NCBI GenBank assembly: GCA_030829925.1
Contig: JAURNZ010000054.1
Span: 1-28,768, forward strand
From: Gammaproteobacteria bacterium
GTDB lineage: Bacteria > Pseudomonadota > Gammaproteobacteria > Comchoanobacterales > Comchoanobacteraceae
Direction: 5' to 3'
Length of the DNA: 28,768 nt
This document shows positions 17,048-26,240 of this stretch, one piece after another (within the stretch, counting starts at the first letter, position 1; each line of letters begins with the position of its first letter). The translations under genes were made by a program, and so were the position numbers. The notes under the pieces are model-generated. The model ran no database searches and was not told where the DNA came from. It worked only from the letters and a program-made list of their open reading frames with translations.

Positions 17048-17380
17048 GCGTTGGCTGGGCGATCGCTGGCATTTGCTAGAGGAAAGTCCGGGCTCCATAG
17101 AGTACGATGCCAGGTAATGCCTGGGCAGTGTAAATTGACGGCTAGTGCCACAGAAACTAAACCGCCTTAGGGTAAGGGTGAAAAGGTGCGGTAAGAGCGC
17201 ACCGCGTCATTGGTGACAATGATGGCAGGGTAAACCCCATCGGGAGCAAGACCAAATATAGATCTAGAGTTCGCTCACATGTTACTCGCATGAGATTTGG
17301 GTAGGTCGCATGAAGCAATGGGCAACCATTGTTCTAGATAGATGATCGTCCTCGACAGAACCCGGCTTACAGGCTAACGC
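17048..17380 (+). ncRNA. rnpB: RNase P RNA, bacterial type A
   Basis: Conserved GAGGAAAGTCCGGGCTCC (from 17079), AGTGCCACAGAAA, GTAAGGGTGAAAAGGTGCGGTAAGAGCGCACCG, GGTAAACCCC, GGAGCAAGACCAAATA, GACAGAACCCGGCTTA (17354-17369). P1 pairs GCGTTGGCTG with CAGGCTAACGC. Confidence 0.98.
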
Positions 17381-17404
17381 ACATTGTTTTTGGGAGTTGG
17401 GCTT

Positions 17405-18580
17405 TTGGAAAATTCATTGGTGTTAACAATTTGTGTTATTTTTGTGGGCGCAGCTGTGTTCTCAACAATTGCACTCGCCATGCGCCAATCACTCCTTGTT
17501 GCCTATATTCTTTTAGGTGTTCTTGTAAGCTATTTTGGTATGGATTCGTTGGCTGACAAAACCTTCATTCACTACAGTGGTGATATTGGTATTATATTCT
17601 TGCTATTCATGTTGGGATTACACCTCGATCCGATTCGTTTGATCGATCAGATGAAAAAAATCACTTCGACTGGTTTTTGGAGTAGTTTGGCATTTTGGTT
17701 GATAGGCTTTTGTATCATGAAAGCCATGGGATTTTCGTGGTTTGCAGCGATTTTTGTTGGGGTTTCATGTTTGTTTTCAAGTACAATCATCGGTTTGAAG
17801 TTATTGCCGACAAAAATGATGTCTCCAGGTTCCATTGGTGAGGTCATGATCAGTGTGCTGTTGCTGCAGGACTTTATAGCCATGATTGTTTTATTTTTAT
17901 TGCATCAGTTTGTTAGTCCCTCAATTTCTTGGTGGCATATTGTGATGCTATCAGCTTTTTTACCTGCTTTAGTCGTTGCCTCATTTAGTTTTGTAGACGG
18001 TATTTTAGAGCCCTTGATGTCAAAGCATCAACGGATTAGAGAGTATCTTTTCTTGCTTGCCATTGCTTGGTGTCTAGGTTTGGCCGTGCTTTCTGAAATG
18101 TCTGGGATATCCTATGAAATTGGTGCTTTTATTGCCGGGATCAGTTTGGCACATTTAAGCATGGCAAATTATTTATCAGATATTTTACTGCCATTAAGAG
18201 ATTTCTTCTTAGTTATTTTCTTTTTTGCAGTTGGTATGAACATTGATTTGGATTTAATGGGCTCAATTTTTATGCCCGCATGTCTACTGGCGACTGTTTT
18301 ATTGGTCGGTAAGCCCTACATTTACAAGACGCTTTTCTTGCGCAAAAATATAAACTATGCCAGCGCATGGGAGCTTGGTTTTAGGCTAGGACAGGGAAGT
18401 GAGTTTACCATTCTAATGACTGAAACCGCAAAATCATTTCAGTTCATTACACCGCGCATTTCAAATTTAATCGAAGTCAGCGCATTGATTACATTCCTCG
18501 TCTCATCCTTTATGGTTGTTAGGTATTATGAGACACCAATCACTAGAAAAGCCAATATTCTAGATGAGGAAGATGATTGA
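17405..18580 (+). CDS. Cation:proton antiporter, CPA2 (KefB/NapA-like), lacking a KTN domain
   Basis: GIIFLLFMLGL, SSTIIGLK, ISVLLLQD, IGAFIAG, RDFFLVIFF, LGQGSEF. Start set to TTG 17405 (GGAG 8 nt upstream); the ORF track uses TTG 17384. Confidence 0.9.
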   Translation: MENSLVLTICVIFVGAAVFSTIALAMRQSLLVAYILLGVLVSYFGMDSLADKTFIHYSGDIGIIFLLFMLGLHLDPIRLIDQMKKITSTGFWSSLAFWLIGFCIMKAMGFSWFAAIFVGVSCLFSSTIIGLKLLPTKMMSPGSIGEVMISVLLLQDFIAMIVLFLLHQFVSPSISWWHIVMLSAFLPALVVASFSFVDGILEPLMSKHQRIREYLFLLAIAWCLGLAVLSEMSGISYEIGAFIAGISLAHLSMANYLSDILLPLRDFFLVIFFFAVGMNIDLDLMGSIFMPACLLATVLLVGKPYIYKTLFLRKNINYASAWELGFRLGQGSEFTILMTETAKSFQFITPRISNLIEVSALITFLVSSFMVVRYYETPITRKANILDEEDD

Positions 18581-18581
18581 T

Positions 18582-20399
18582 TTAATCATCATCTAGTTCT
18601 AGCCAAGCATCATAAGCCGCATCTTTGTCTGCTTCAAGCGTTTTAAGCGTTAGCTGAATGGTTTTTACTTTTTCAAAATCATTAAAAACGTCGGGCTGGG
18701 TGAGTAAGTTTGATTGATCTTCGATCTGTTTTTCAAGACGTTTTATTTTATCCAGTACGCGACGAATGGCGCGATGATCTTTGTTTTTAGGTGCTTTAGT
18801 TGGTTTTTTAGCGTTGGCTTCTTGCATGAGTGCAATGGGTTTTGCACCCTGAGTCAGTGCATCATCATAGCCCCCAGCATATTCAGTGATTTGGTTTGTA
18901 TCATCAAAATAAAGTACTTGGGTTGCGATTTGATTGATGAAAGCTCTATCATGACTCACCAATAAGATGGCAGATTTGGTTTCAACAAGAAATTGTTCTA
19001 AAGCGTCTAGTGTATCAAGGTCTAAATCATTGGTTGGTTCGTCTAGAATGTAGACGTTGGCTGGTTTTAAAAATAATTTAGCAAGCAGTGCCCGTTGCTT
19101 TTCTCCACCTGAGAAATGTTTGACGGGGGTTTGGATGCGCTCGCTTGAAAAAAGAAAATCCTGAAGGTAGCTAATGGCGTGTTTTTTTTGTCCGTTGAGT
19201 TCAACATGAGTTTGTCCACCTGAAATATTTTCTAACAATGATTTGCTTAGATCAAGTTGATCTTTTTTTTGATCAAAATAAGCCACATTTAAAGTTGGTC
19301 CATGAATAACTTCGCCTTGTGTGGGTTTAAGTTCGCCAAGCATGAGCTTAATTAATGTGCTTTTACCACAGCCGTTGCGGCCAATGATGCCAATGTGGTC
19401 GCCTCGATTGAGGGTGAATGTTAAATGACTTACTAAAGGAGTGTTGTATCCAAAGGAAACATCCTTGAGTTGGATGAGTTTTTGGGAGGCTGGCCCTTGA
19501 CCTTGGTCAGAAATTTTAATTTGTCTATCACGGTTGATTCTGGCTGCACGTTGCTCTTTAAGGGCATGTAATGCGCGGAGTCTGCCTTGATTCCGTTTGC
19601 GTCTTGCCGTTACACCTCGTGCTAACCAGTGCATTTCTTGTGCAATTTTTTTATCTAGTTTCTGAGTATTTTGGGATTCTTCTGCTAAAAATTGATCACG
19701 CCTTTTGATATGGTCAGAGTAATTACCTGGCCAGCCCATGATTTGGCCGTGATCAATTTCGACAATGTGTTCAGCAACATCATCGATGAGTTGTCTATCA
19801 TGACTGACTAGAATAATACTACCTTTAAAGTTTTGACACCATTGTGTGAGCCAGTCAATTGCAGCAATGTCTAAGTGGTTTGTGGGTTCATCTAAAATTA
19901 AAACATCAGGTTCTCTGATAATGCTTTGTGCAAAGGCAACACGTCTTTTTAGACCTTCAGATAATTGTGATACAGGCGTATCTGTATCTAATAGACAAGT
20001 TCGACAAGTAGCTTTGGCTTGTTGGAGGTGGCGCTGGGTATCAATTTTATCTGTGGCTGCCTGTAAAGCCTCATTGTTGGGCTCTAATAGCCAGTCTGCA
20101 ATGGTTGAGCCATCGGCGCCAAGGCCTCGCAAAACAGCCATTAAAATGGTGTCGTTTGGCTCAAGGTCAGGTTGTTGGGGTAGATAGCTAACCAAGCAGT
20201 GATTAGGCCAAATGACTTCTCCATGATCTGGCATCAATAGCCCACACATCAGTTTCAAAAGTGTGGTCTTGCCAGCGCCATTGGCGCCTATTAAAGCAGT
20301 TTTTAATGGGAGGGCCCAAGATAGGTTGGCATCTTTTAAAATGACCTGTCCACTATGTTGGTACGATAATTGTTTGATGATTACGGCGTCTTGTTGCAT
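18582..20399 (-). CDS. uup: ABC-F family ATPase Uup
   Basis: Two ABC cassettes (GANGAGKT/ILDEPTNHLD and GRNGCGKS/FSGGEKQR/ILDEPTNDLD), no TM segments, linker WLARGVTARRKRNQGRLRAL, C-terminal coiled coil. Start set to ATG 20399. Confidence 0.88.
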   Translation of the reverse strand: MQQDAVIIKQLSYQHSGQVILKDANLSWALPLKTALIGANGAGKTTLLKLMCGLLMPDHGEVIWPNHCLVSYLPQQPDLEPNDTILMAVLRGLGADGSTIADWLLEPNNEALQAATDKIDTQRHLQQAKATCRTCLLDTDTPVSQLSEGLKRRVAFAQSIIREPDVLILDEPTNHLDIAAIDWLTQWCQNFKGSIILVSHDRQLIDDVAEHIVEIDHGQIMGWPGNYSDHIKRRDQFLAEESQNTQKLDKKIAQEMHWLARGVTARRKRNQGRLRALHALKEQRAARINRDRQIKISDQGQGPASQKLIQLKDVSFGYNTPLVSHLTFTLNRGDHIGIIGRNGCGKSTLIKLMLGELKPTQGEVIHGPTLNVAYFDQKKDQLDLSKSLLENISGGQTHVELNGQKKHAISYLQDFLFSSERIQTPVKHFSGGEKQRALLAKLFLKPANVYILDEPTNDLDLDTLDALEQFLVETKSAILLVSHDRAFINQIATQVLYFDDTNQITEYAGGYDDALTQGAKPIALMQEANAKKPTKAPKNKDHRAIRRVLDKIKRLEKQIEDQSNLLTQPDVFNDFEKVKTIQLTLKTLEADKDAAYDAWLELDDD

Positions 20400-20497
20400 A
20401 ATAAGCACATTACAACGGAATTTAATAATTCGCAACCGGCTGTTGGTTTAGCCCTAACAATTTTTATAGATTTTCGTTTCACATGGGTTGAACGAGT

Positions 20498-20526
20498 TTG
20501 CATTTATTTAGGTTAATCATTAATCT
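20498..20526 (+). promoter_or_regulatory. Possible sigma70 promoter of the PDH operon
   Basis: TTGCAT (20498-20503), 17 nt, TAATCT (20521-20526); GAGG upstream of ATG 20547. Confidence 0.4.
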
Positions 20527-20546
20527 ATCTGAGTAGTGAGGATAAT

Positions 20547-23225
20547 ATGGTAAAAAAGGTATTTATAAGTGATCACAATGTAGCAGAAACCAAAGAATGG
20601 GTAGACGCATTACGTGACGTTATTGAAGCTGAAAACATTGATAGAGCAATGTTTTTAGTCAGTGCTTTAATTGAAAGAATTCGATTGGTCACAACATTAC
20701 AACCTGTTGGCACTGTATCGCCAATGGTTAATACCATGCCAGAAGATCCTGAATTTCCTGCCCATGAAGAAGCGCATATGAAAGCTTTCGGCAATATGGT
20801 TCGTTGGAATGCAGCAGCCATGGTTGCAAAAGGTGCCAAAAAAGCCAGTGAGCTTGGTGGCCACATCGCAACATATGCGTCTATTGCTGATATTTATTCA
20901 GTTGCGTTAGCTTATTTTTGTCGTGGCAGAAGTGGTGATCGTTTAGAAGATTTGGTTTACTACCAAGGTCATTCAACACCCGGAATTTATTCAAGAAGTT
21001 TTCTAGAGGGCCGTTTAACAGCTGAACAACTAGAGTATTTTAGACAAGAAACTCGAGGTAAGGGCGTTGCTTCTTATCCGCATCCGTGGACCATGCCTGA
21101 TTATTGGCAGTTTGCTACAGTATCCATGGGATTGACTGCTGTTCAGTCCATATATCAAGCCAGATTACAAAAATACTTGATGGCAAGAAAATTACTTCCC
21201 GAAAGTGATCGTCGTGTTTGGGCATTTATGGGCGATGGTGAAATGGATGAGATTGAATCCTTAGGTGGGATTAGGATTGCTGCAAGAGAAAACCTTGATA
21301 ACCTTATTTATGTCATCAACTGTAATCTTCAAAGACTGGATGGTCCTGTATGTGCCAACCATAATGTCATTGATGAGTTAGAAGGCATGTTTATTGGTGC
21401 TGGGTGGCGTGTCATCAAAGGTGTTTGGAATCGAGCAATGGATCGTTTATTAGCTATAGACTATGAAGGTGTTTTAAAAGCTAAACTATCCAATTTTAAC
21501 GATGGCGAACTACAACGTTTTGGTGGTCTAAGTCCGCAACAGATTAGAGAAGAAGTTTTTGAATCTGATCCAAAGCTTAAAGCAATGGTCGAAGGCTGGT
21601 CAGATGACGACTTTGCTGAATTAGGTCGTGCCGGTCATGATTATGAAAAAATCTTTTCGGCTTTCAATGCGGCACAAAAAACAAAAGGACAACCTACCGT
21701 CGTATTATTAATGACGACTAAAGGTTATGGTGTGCCTGGGGTTGCAGCAACAAATACAGCACATAACACAAAAAAAATGGCAGAGGAAACACTCATTACA
21801 TATGCCAAGCAATTGGGTATTCCGTTGTCAGAGGAAAATGCAGCGCAAGCTGATTTCTATCGCCCAGGTGAAGACGATGCAGCGCTTAAGTTCATTCGTC
21901 AAAGAAGACAGGCTTTAGGTGGATATATTCCTAAGCGACATCAAGAGGCTGATGTCCTAAAGGCGCCTGCGTTAAGCACGTTTGCCTCTGTTTGTGAAGG
22001 CAGTAAAGATCGAGAAGTATCTTCTACAATGATGCTTGTTAGAATTTTAAGCTTATTGTTGAGAGAAGCACATTTAAAAGACCGTTTGGTACCAATTGTC
22101 CCAGATGAGTCTAGAACATTCGGTATGGAAGGGCTTTTTAGGCAAATTGGTATTTATTCGCCAATGGGTCAGCAATATACTCCTGTCGATGCTGGTTCCA
22201 TTATGTACTACAAAGAGTCTAAAGATGGCCAGTACATTCAGGAAGGTGTGAATGAAGGTGGCGCGGTCAGTTCTTGGATCGCTGCAGCCACTTCTTACAG
22301 TAGTAATGGTTTGAGTTTGATTCCGTTTTACATCTATTATTCAATGTTTGGTTTTCAGCGTGTTGGGGATTATCTATGGGCTGCAGGCGATATGCGTGCA
22401 CGAGGCTTTTTGATTGGTGCAACAGCAGGAAGAACAACCCTTGCTGGTGAAGGCCTACAGCACAACGATGGTAACAGTTTGCATATCTCAAGCTTGATTC
22501 CAAACTGTGTCAGTTACGACCCAACTTATGGCTATGAATTAGCTGTGATCATTCAAAACGGGATATACCGTATGTATGAAAAACAAGAAGACGTGTTTTT
22601 CTATGTTTCAGTCATGAACGAAAACTACATTCATCCAGCCATGCCTGAAGGTGTTGAAGAGGACATTATCAAAGGGATGTATCTTTTGGGTGGTGAAGAT
22701 AAAGCTCAAGTTCACTTAATGGGTTCAGGAACCATCTTAAGAGAAGTGGAAAAAGCCAAAACGTTATTAGAAAGTGAATTTAACATCAAAGCCAATGTTT
22801 GGAGTGTAACCAGTTTTACAGAGCTTGCACGTGAAGCAGCTGATGTTGAAAGACATAACCGCGTCTGTGTTGAAGCAGAAGAAAAGCATAGCCACATTGA
22901 GACATGCCTAAACGATGGTTTACCTGTTATAGTTGCTACTGATTATGTTAAAACTTATCCACAACAAGTACAGCCTTACATTAATAATCCGATGACCGTT
23001 TTAGGTACTGATGGCTTTGGGCGAAGTGATACCCGTTCTGAATTAAGACAGTTCCATGAAGTGAATGCTAACCATATTGCATATGCTGCTTTATATCATG
23101 CCTATAAAGCAGGCACTCTTACAAAAGATTTTCTAATTGATGCTAAGCAAAAATTAGATATTCCTGACGAAGATCCACAGTCTACAGTTGCTGATTTATA
23201 TCAGGGTATTAAGGAGGATGTCTAA
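20547..23225 (+). CDS. aceE: Pyruvate dehydrogenase E1 (homodimeric type)
   Basis: LGGHIATYAS, YYQGHSTPG, SYPHPW, ThDP motif GDGEMDE...NCNLQRLDGP, PDESRTFGMEG, GEGLQH, LGTDGFGRSD. Confidence 0.98.
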   Translation: MVKKVFISDHNVAETKEWVDALRDVIEAENIDRAMFLVSALIERIRLVTTLQPVGTVSPMVNTMPEDPEFPAHEEAHMKAFGNMVRWNAAAMVAKGAKKASELGGHIATYASIADIYSVALAYFCRGRSGDRLEDLVYYQGHSTPGIYSRSFLEGRLTAEQLEYFRQETRGKGVASYPHPWTMPDYWQFATVSMGLTAVQSIYQARLQKYLMARKLLPESDRRVWAFMGDGEMDEIESLGGIRIAARENLDNLIYVINCNLQRLDGPVCANHNVIDELEGMFIGAGWRVIKGVWNRAMDRLLAIDYEGVLKAKLSNFNDGELQRFGGLSPQQIREEVFESDPKLKAMVEGWSDDDFAELGRAGHDYEKIFSAFNAAQKTKGQPTVVLLMTTKGYGVPGVAATNTAHNTKKMAEETLITYAKQLGIPLSEENAAQADFYRPGEDDAALKFIRQRRQALGGYIPKRHQEADVLKAPALSTFASVCEGSKDREVSSTMMLVRILSLLLREAHLKDRLVPIVPDESRTFGMEGLFRQIGIYSPMGQQYTPVDAGSIMYYKESKDGQYIQEGVNEGGAVSSWIAAATSYSSNGLSLIPFYIYYSMFGFQRVGDYLWAAGDMRARGFLIGATAGRTTLAGEGLQHNDGNSLHISSLIPNCVSYDPTYGYELAVIIQNGIYRMYEKQEDVFFYVSVMNENYIHPAMPEGVEEDIIKGMYLLGGEDKAQVHLMGSGTILREVEKAKTLLESEFNIKANVWSVTSFTELAREAADVERHNRVCVEAEEKHSHIETCLNDGLPVIVATDYVKTYPQQVQPYINNPMTVLGTDGFGRSDTRSELRQFHEVNANHIAYAALYHAYKAGTLTKDFLIDAKQKLDIPDEDPQSTVADLYQGIKEDV

Positions 23226-24820
23226 TGACTAAATTACTTATACCTGATCTTGGTGGTGCCAGCGACGTAACAATTATCGAGGTTTTAGTCAAACCTGGTG
23301 ATCACATTGAAGTTGATCAACCTATCTTAACATTAGAAGGTGAAAAGGCGACGATGGAAGTACCTGCAACGGAAGCAGGTGAAGTAGCACAGGTATTGGT
23401 TAATGTCGGCGATACAGTCAATGTGGGCGATGCCGTTTTAGAATTAACTGCTAATGCTACTGCAACCCCAAATGCTACTGAAACTACTTCAGAAGAAACG
23501 TCAACTGAAACTATGGCTACACAAACGCCAGAGAAGAACGAGCCACAATTACAAACGTTAATGATTCCTGATTTAGGGGGCGCAGACAGCGCACAAGTCA
23601 TAGAGTGTTTAGTGCAGGTGGGCGATACCATTACAGTTGATCAGCCTGTGTTAACCTTGGAGGGTGAGAAGGCAACTATGGAAGTGCCTGCTGTTGAAGC
23701 AGGGGAAATCAAAGCCATTCATGTGAATGTTGGCGACCAAATTAAGCAAGGTCAACCGATGATTGATGTGCTGACTGAGGGCAGTACAGCTGTGTCAGTG
23801 GCAACACCTGAGTCTACACAGAAGCCTGTGGCTAGTGAGCCTCAAAAACCTGTTGTGCAGCAGCCAACGCCAACCGTAGCTAAGCCAGCTACCCATGAGC
23901 CGTTGCCATCATTTGATAAAGTGTATGCTGGTCCCAGTGTCAGACGTTATGCTCGTGAATTTGGGATTGATTTGAATCAAATTAAAGGTACTGGTCAAAA
24001 AGGACGTATCCAAAAAGAAGATTTAATTCAATTTGTCAAAGCAAGACTGAGTCAGGCTGGATCAACTGGCGGTGCTGCTTTACCAACCATGCCATCGATT
24101 GACTTTAGTCAATTTGGATCGGTCGAAACTAAACCTTTATCAAAGATTAAACAAATCACTGGTAAAAACATGGTGCGTAATTGGTTAAACATTCCACATG
24201 TTACCCAGTTTGGCCAAGCAGACATCACTTTATTAGATCAAAACTTTAAAGAATTTAAGGCAATGCTTAAAGCACAAGGCAAGCGTATTACACAGCTACC
24301 ATTCTTGATGAAGGCATTGGTGTTGGCTTTAAAAGAATTTCCTGAGTTTAATTCATCTTTAAGCAGTGATGGTAAATCTATCGTCATGAAAGATTATTAT
24401 CACATTGGTATTGCCGTTGACACCCCACAGGGTTTGGTTGTTCCTGTGATTAGAGACGTTGATCAAAAAGATATTATGACTTTGATGGACGAGCTTTTAT
24501 CCTTGAGTGAGCAAGCACGTGAAAAAGGTTTGCCTATGAAAGCCATGCAGGGGGGATGTATGACCATCTCAAACCTAGGTGGTATCGGTGGTGGACATTT
24601 CACACCAATCATCAATGCACCAGAGGTTGCTATTTTAGGTGTATCCCGTCAGGAAATTGTGCCAGAATATAAAGATGGGCAATGGCACCCAAAAACTCAG
24701 CTTCCTTTATCTTTGTCGTATGATCACCGTGTGATTGACGGTGCGCAAGCGGCGCGTTTTTTAGTAAGACTCATGCATTATATTTCGCATGTAGTCGTTG
24801 AACTCATTGTTGGAGAGTAA
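23225..24820 (+). CDS. aceF: Dihydrolipoamide acetyltransferase E2 with two lipoyl domains
   Basis: Two EGEKATMEVP lipoyl motifs, subunit-binding AGPSVRRYAREFGIDL...GTGQKGRI, catalytic DHRVIDGA. Confidence 0.98.
   Translation: MTKLLIPDLGGASDVTIIEVLVKPGDHIEVDQPILTLEGEKATMEVPATEAGEVAQVLVNVGDTVNVGDAVLELTANATATPNATETTSEETSTETMATQTPEKNEPQLQTLMIPDLGGADSAQVIECLVQVGDTITVDQPVLTLEGEKATMEVPAVEAGEIKAIHVNVGDQIKQGQPMIDVLTEGSTAVSVATPESTQKPVASEPQKPVVQQPTPTVAKPATHEPLPSFDKVYAGPSVRRYAREFGIDLNQIKGTGQKGRIQKEDLIQFVKARLSQAGSTGGAALPTMPSIDFSQFGSVETKPLSKIKQITGKNMVRNWLNIPHVTQFGQADITLLDQNFKEFKAMLKAQGKRITQLPFLMKALVLALKEFPEFNSSLSSDGKSIVMKDYYHIGIAVDTPQGLVVPVIRDVDQKDIMTLMDELLSLSEQAREKGLPMKAMQGGCMTISNLGGIGGGHFTPIINAPEVAILGVSRQEIVPEYKDGQWHPKTQLPLSLSYDHRVIDGAQAARFLVRLMHYISHVVVELIVGE
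23228..23776 (+). repeat. Diverged intragenic duplication (two lipoyl domains, ~23228-23449 and ~23555-23776)
   Basis: IPDLGG...VDQP.LTLEGEKATMEVPA.EAGE repeated; the DNA copies differ mostly at synonymous sites. Confidence 0.85.
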
Positions 24821-24824
24821 TGAC

Positions 24825-26240
24825 ATGGCAAATGAAAATTCAGTTAAGCAATTAAAAACACAGTATGTTGTTTTAGGTAGTGGCCCTGGTGGCTATACGG
24901 CTGCTAACAGGTTGGCAGACTTAGGGAATGAAGTCACACTAGTCGAGCGTTTTGACGCATTGGGTGGTGTGTGTTTGAACGTTGGTTGTATCCCATCAAA
25001 GGCAATGCTTCATATGGCTGAGGTCTTATTTGAGACAGCTGAATTAGCTGATAAAGGCATTGAGTTTAATAAACCAAAAGTTGATATTGTTAAATTGCGT
25101 GCATGGAAAGATGGCATTATTAAAAACCTCAATCAAGGGGTTAAAATGCTTGTTTCTAAACGTAAAGTAAAAGTGGTTCATGGCTACGGTACATTGACAG
25201 GAACGCATACATTATCCGTTACCGATGCCAATGATGCTGTGACAGAAATCACATTTGAAAAAGCGATCTTAGCTGCGGGCTCAGAACCTGTTAAGCTACC
25301 ATTCTTGCCAGAGGATCCAAGAGTATTTAGTTCAACAGGTGCTTTAAGGTTTGCAGATCCATCTGGACCATTGTTGGTTATTGGTGGTGGCATCATAGGT
25401 TGTGAGATGGCGACTGTGTATCGTGCCTTGGGTGCGCCAGTTACTATTGTTGAGATGCTGCCAGAAATCATGCCTGGGACAGATCCTGATCTGGTCAAGC
25501 CAATGCAGCAATTACTCGAAAAACGTGGCGTAGAAATTCATGTTAATACAAGTGTTACAAAGGCTGAAGTAACTAAGAAAGGTTTGAGTGTTACGCTTGA
25601 AGGTGAAACAACTGAAAAGAAAATCTTTTCTCAAATCCTTGTCAGTGTTGGTAGAAGACCAAATGGTTTATTGATTGGTTCTGATAAGGCAGGCCTTGCA
25701 TGTGATGAGCGAGGATTTGTCAAAGTTGATGATCAGTTTAAAACCAATGTAAGCCATATTTTTGCCATTGGGGATTTAATTGATTCACCGATGCTTGCAC
25801 ACGTTGCAGCAGCAGAAGGCCACTTAGCAGCTGAAGTTGCTGCAGGGCATGATCATTTGGTGAAAGATTTTAGATGCTACCCGAATGTTGCCTACACCGA
25901 TCCTGAAGTTGCATGGGTTGGTGAGACAGAAGTATCTTTAAAGCAATCAGGTACAAAATACAAAAAAGGCGCGTTCCCTTGGATGGCGAATGGCCGTGCC
26001 ATTGCCATGGGACGTAGTGAAGGTTTAACCAAACTATTAATTGATCCTGAAACAGGAAAGATTCTTGGTGGTGGTGTTGTCGGTAAACATGCAGGAGATC
26101 TCATTGGTGAAATTGCTCTTGCTATTGAAATGGGCGCGAATGCAGAAGACATTGCTTTAACCATTCATCCACACCCAACATTAATCGAAACAGTTGCGTT
26201 GGCAGCACAAGTTGCTGAAGGGACAGTGACCGATCTGTGA
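24825..26240 (+). CDS. lpdA: Dihydrolipoyl dehydrogenase E3
   Basis: GSGPGGY, redox-active GGVCLNVGCIPSK, GGGIIG, AIGD, HPHPTLIE. Start set to ATG 24825. Confidence 0.98.
   Translation: MANENSVKQLKTQYVVLGSGPGGYTAANRLADLGNEVTLVERFDALGGVCLNVGCIPSKAMLHMAEVLFETAELADKGIEFNKPKVDIVKLRAWKDGIIKNLNQGVKMLVSKRKVKVVHGYGTLTGTHTLSVTDANDAVTEITFEKAILAAGSEPVKLPFLPEDPRVFSSTGALRFADPSGPLLVIGGGIIGCEMATVYRALGAPVTIVEMLPEIMPGTDPDLVKPMQQLLEKRGVEIHVNTSVTKAEVTKKGLSVTLEGETTEKKIFSQILVSVGRRPNGLLIGSDKAGLACDERGFVKVDDQFKTNVSHIFAIGDLIDSPMLAHVAAAEGHLAAEVAAGHDHLVKDFRCYPNVAYTDPEVAWVGETEVSLKQSGTKYKKGAFPWMANGRAIAMGRSEGLTKLLIDPETGKILGGGVVGKHAGDLIGEIALAIEMGANAEDIALTIHPHPTLIETVALAAQVAEGTVTDL

Noticed and set aside
18560-18596. Hairpin across the antiporter/uup stop codons as a bidirectional terminator
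   Set aside because: The symmetry follows from both proteins ending in Asp codons (GAT on each strand); the stem is AT-rich and has no proper U-tract.
19945-19965. LSEG instead of LSGG in the first Uup ABC signature
   Set aside because: A single substitution with intact Walker A/B; ABC-F signatures vary, so it is not evidence of a new function.
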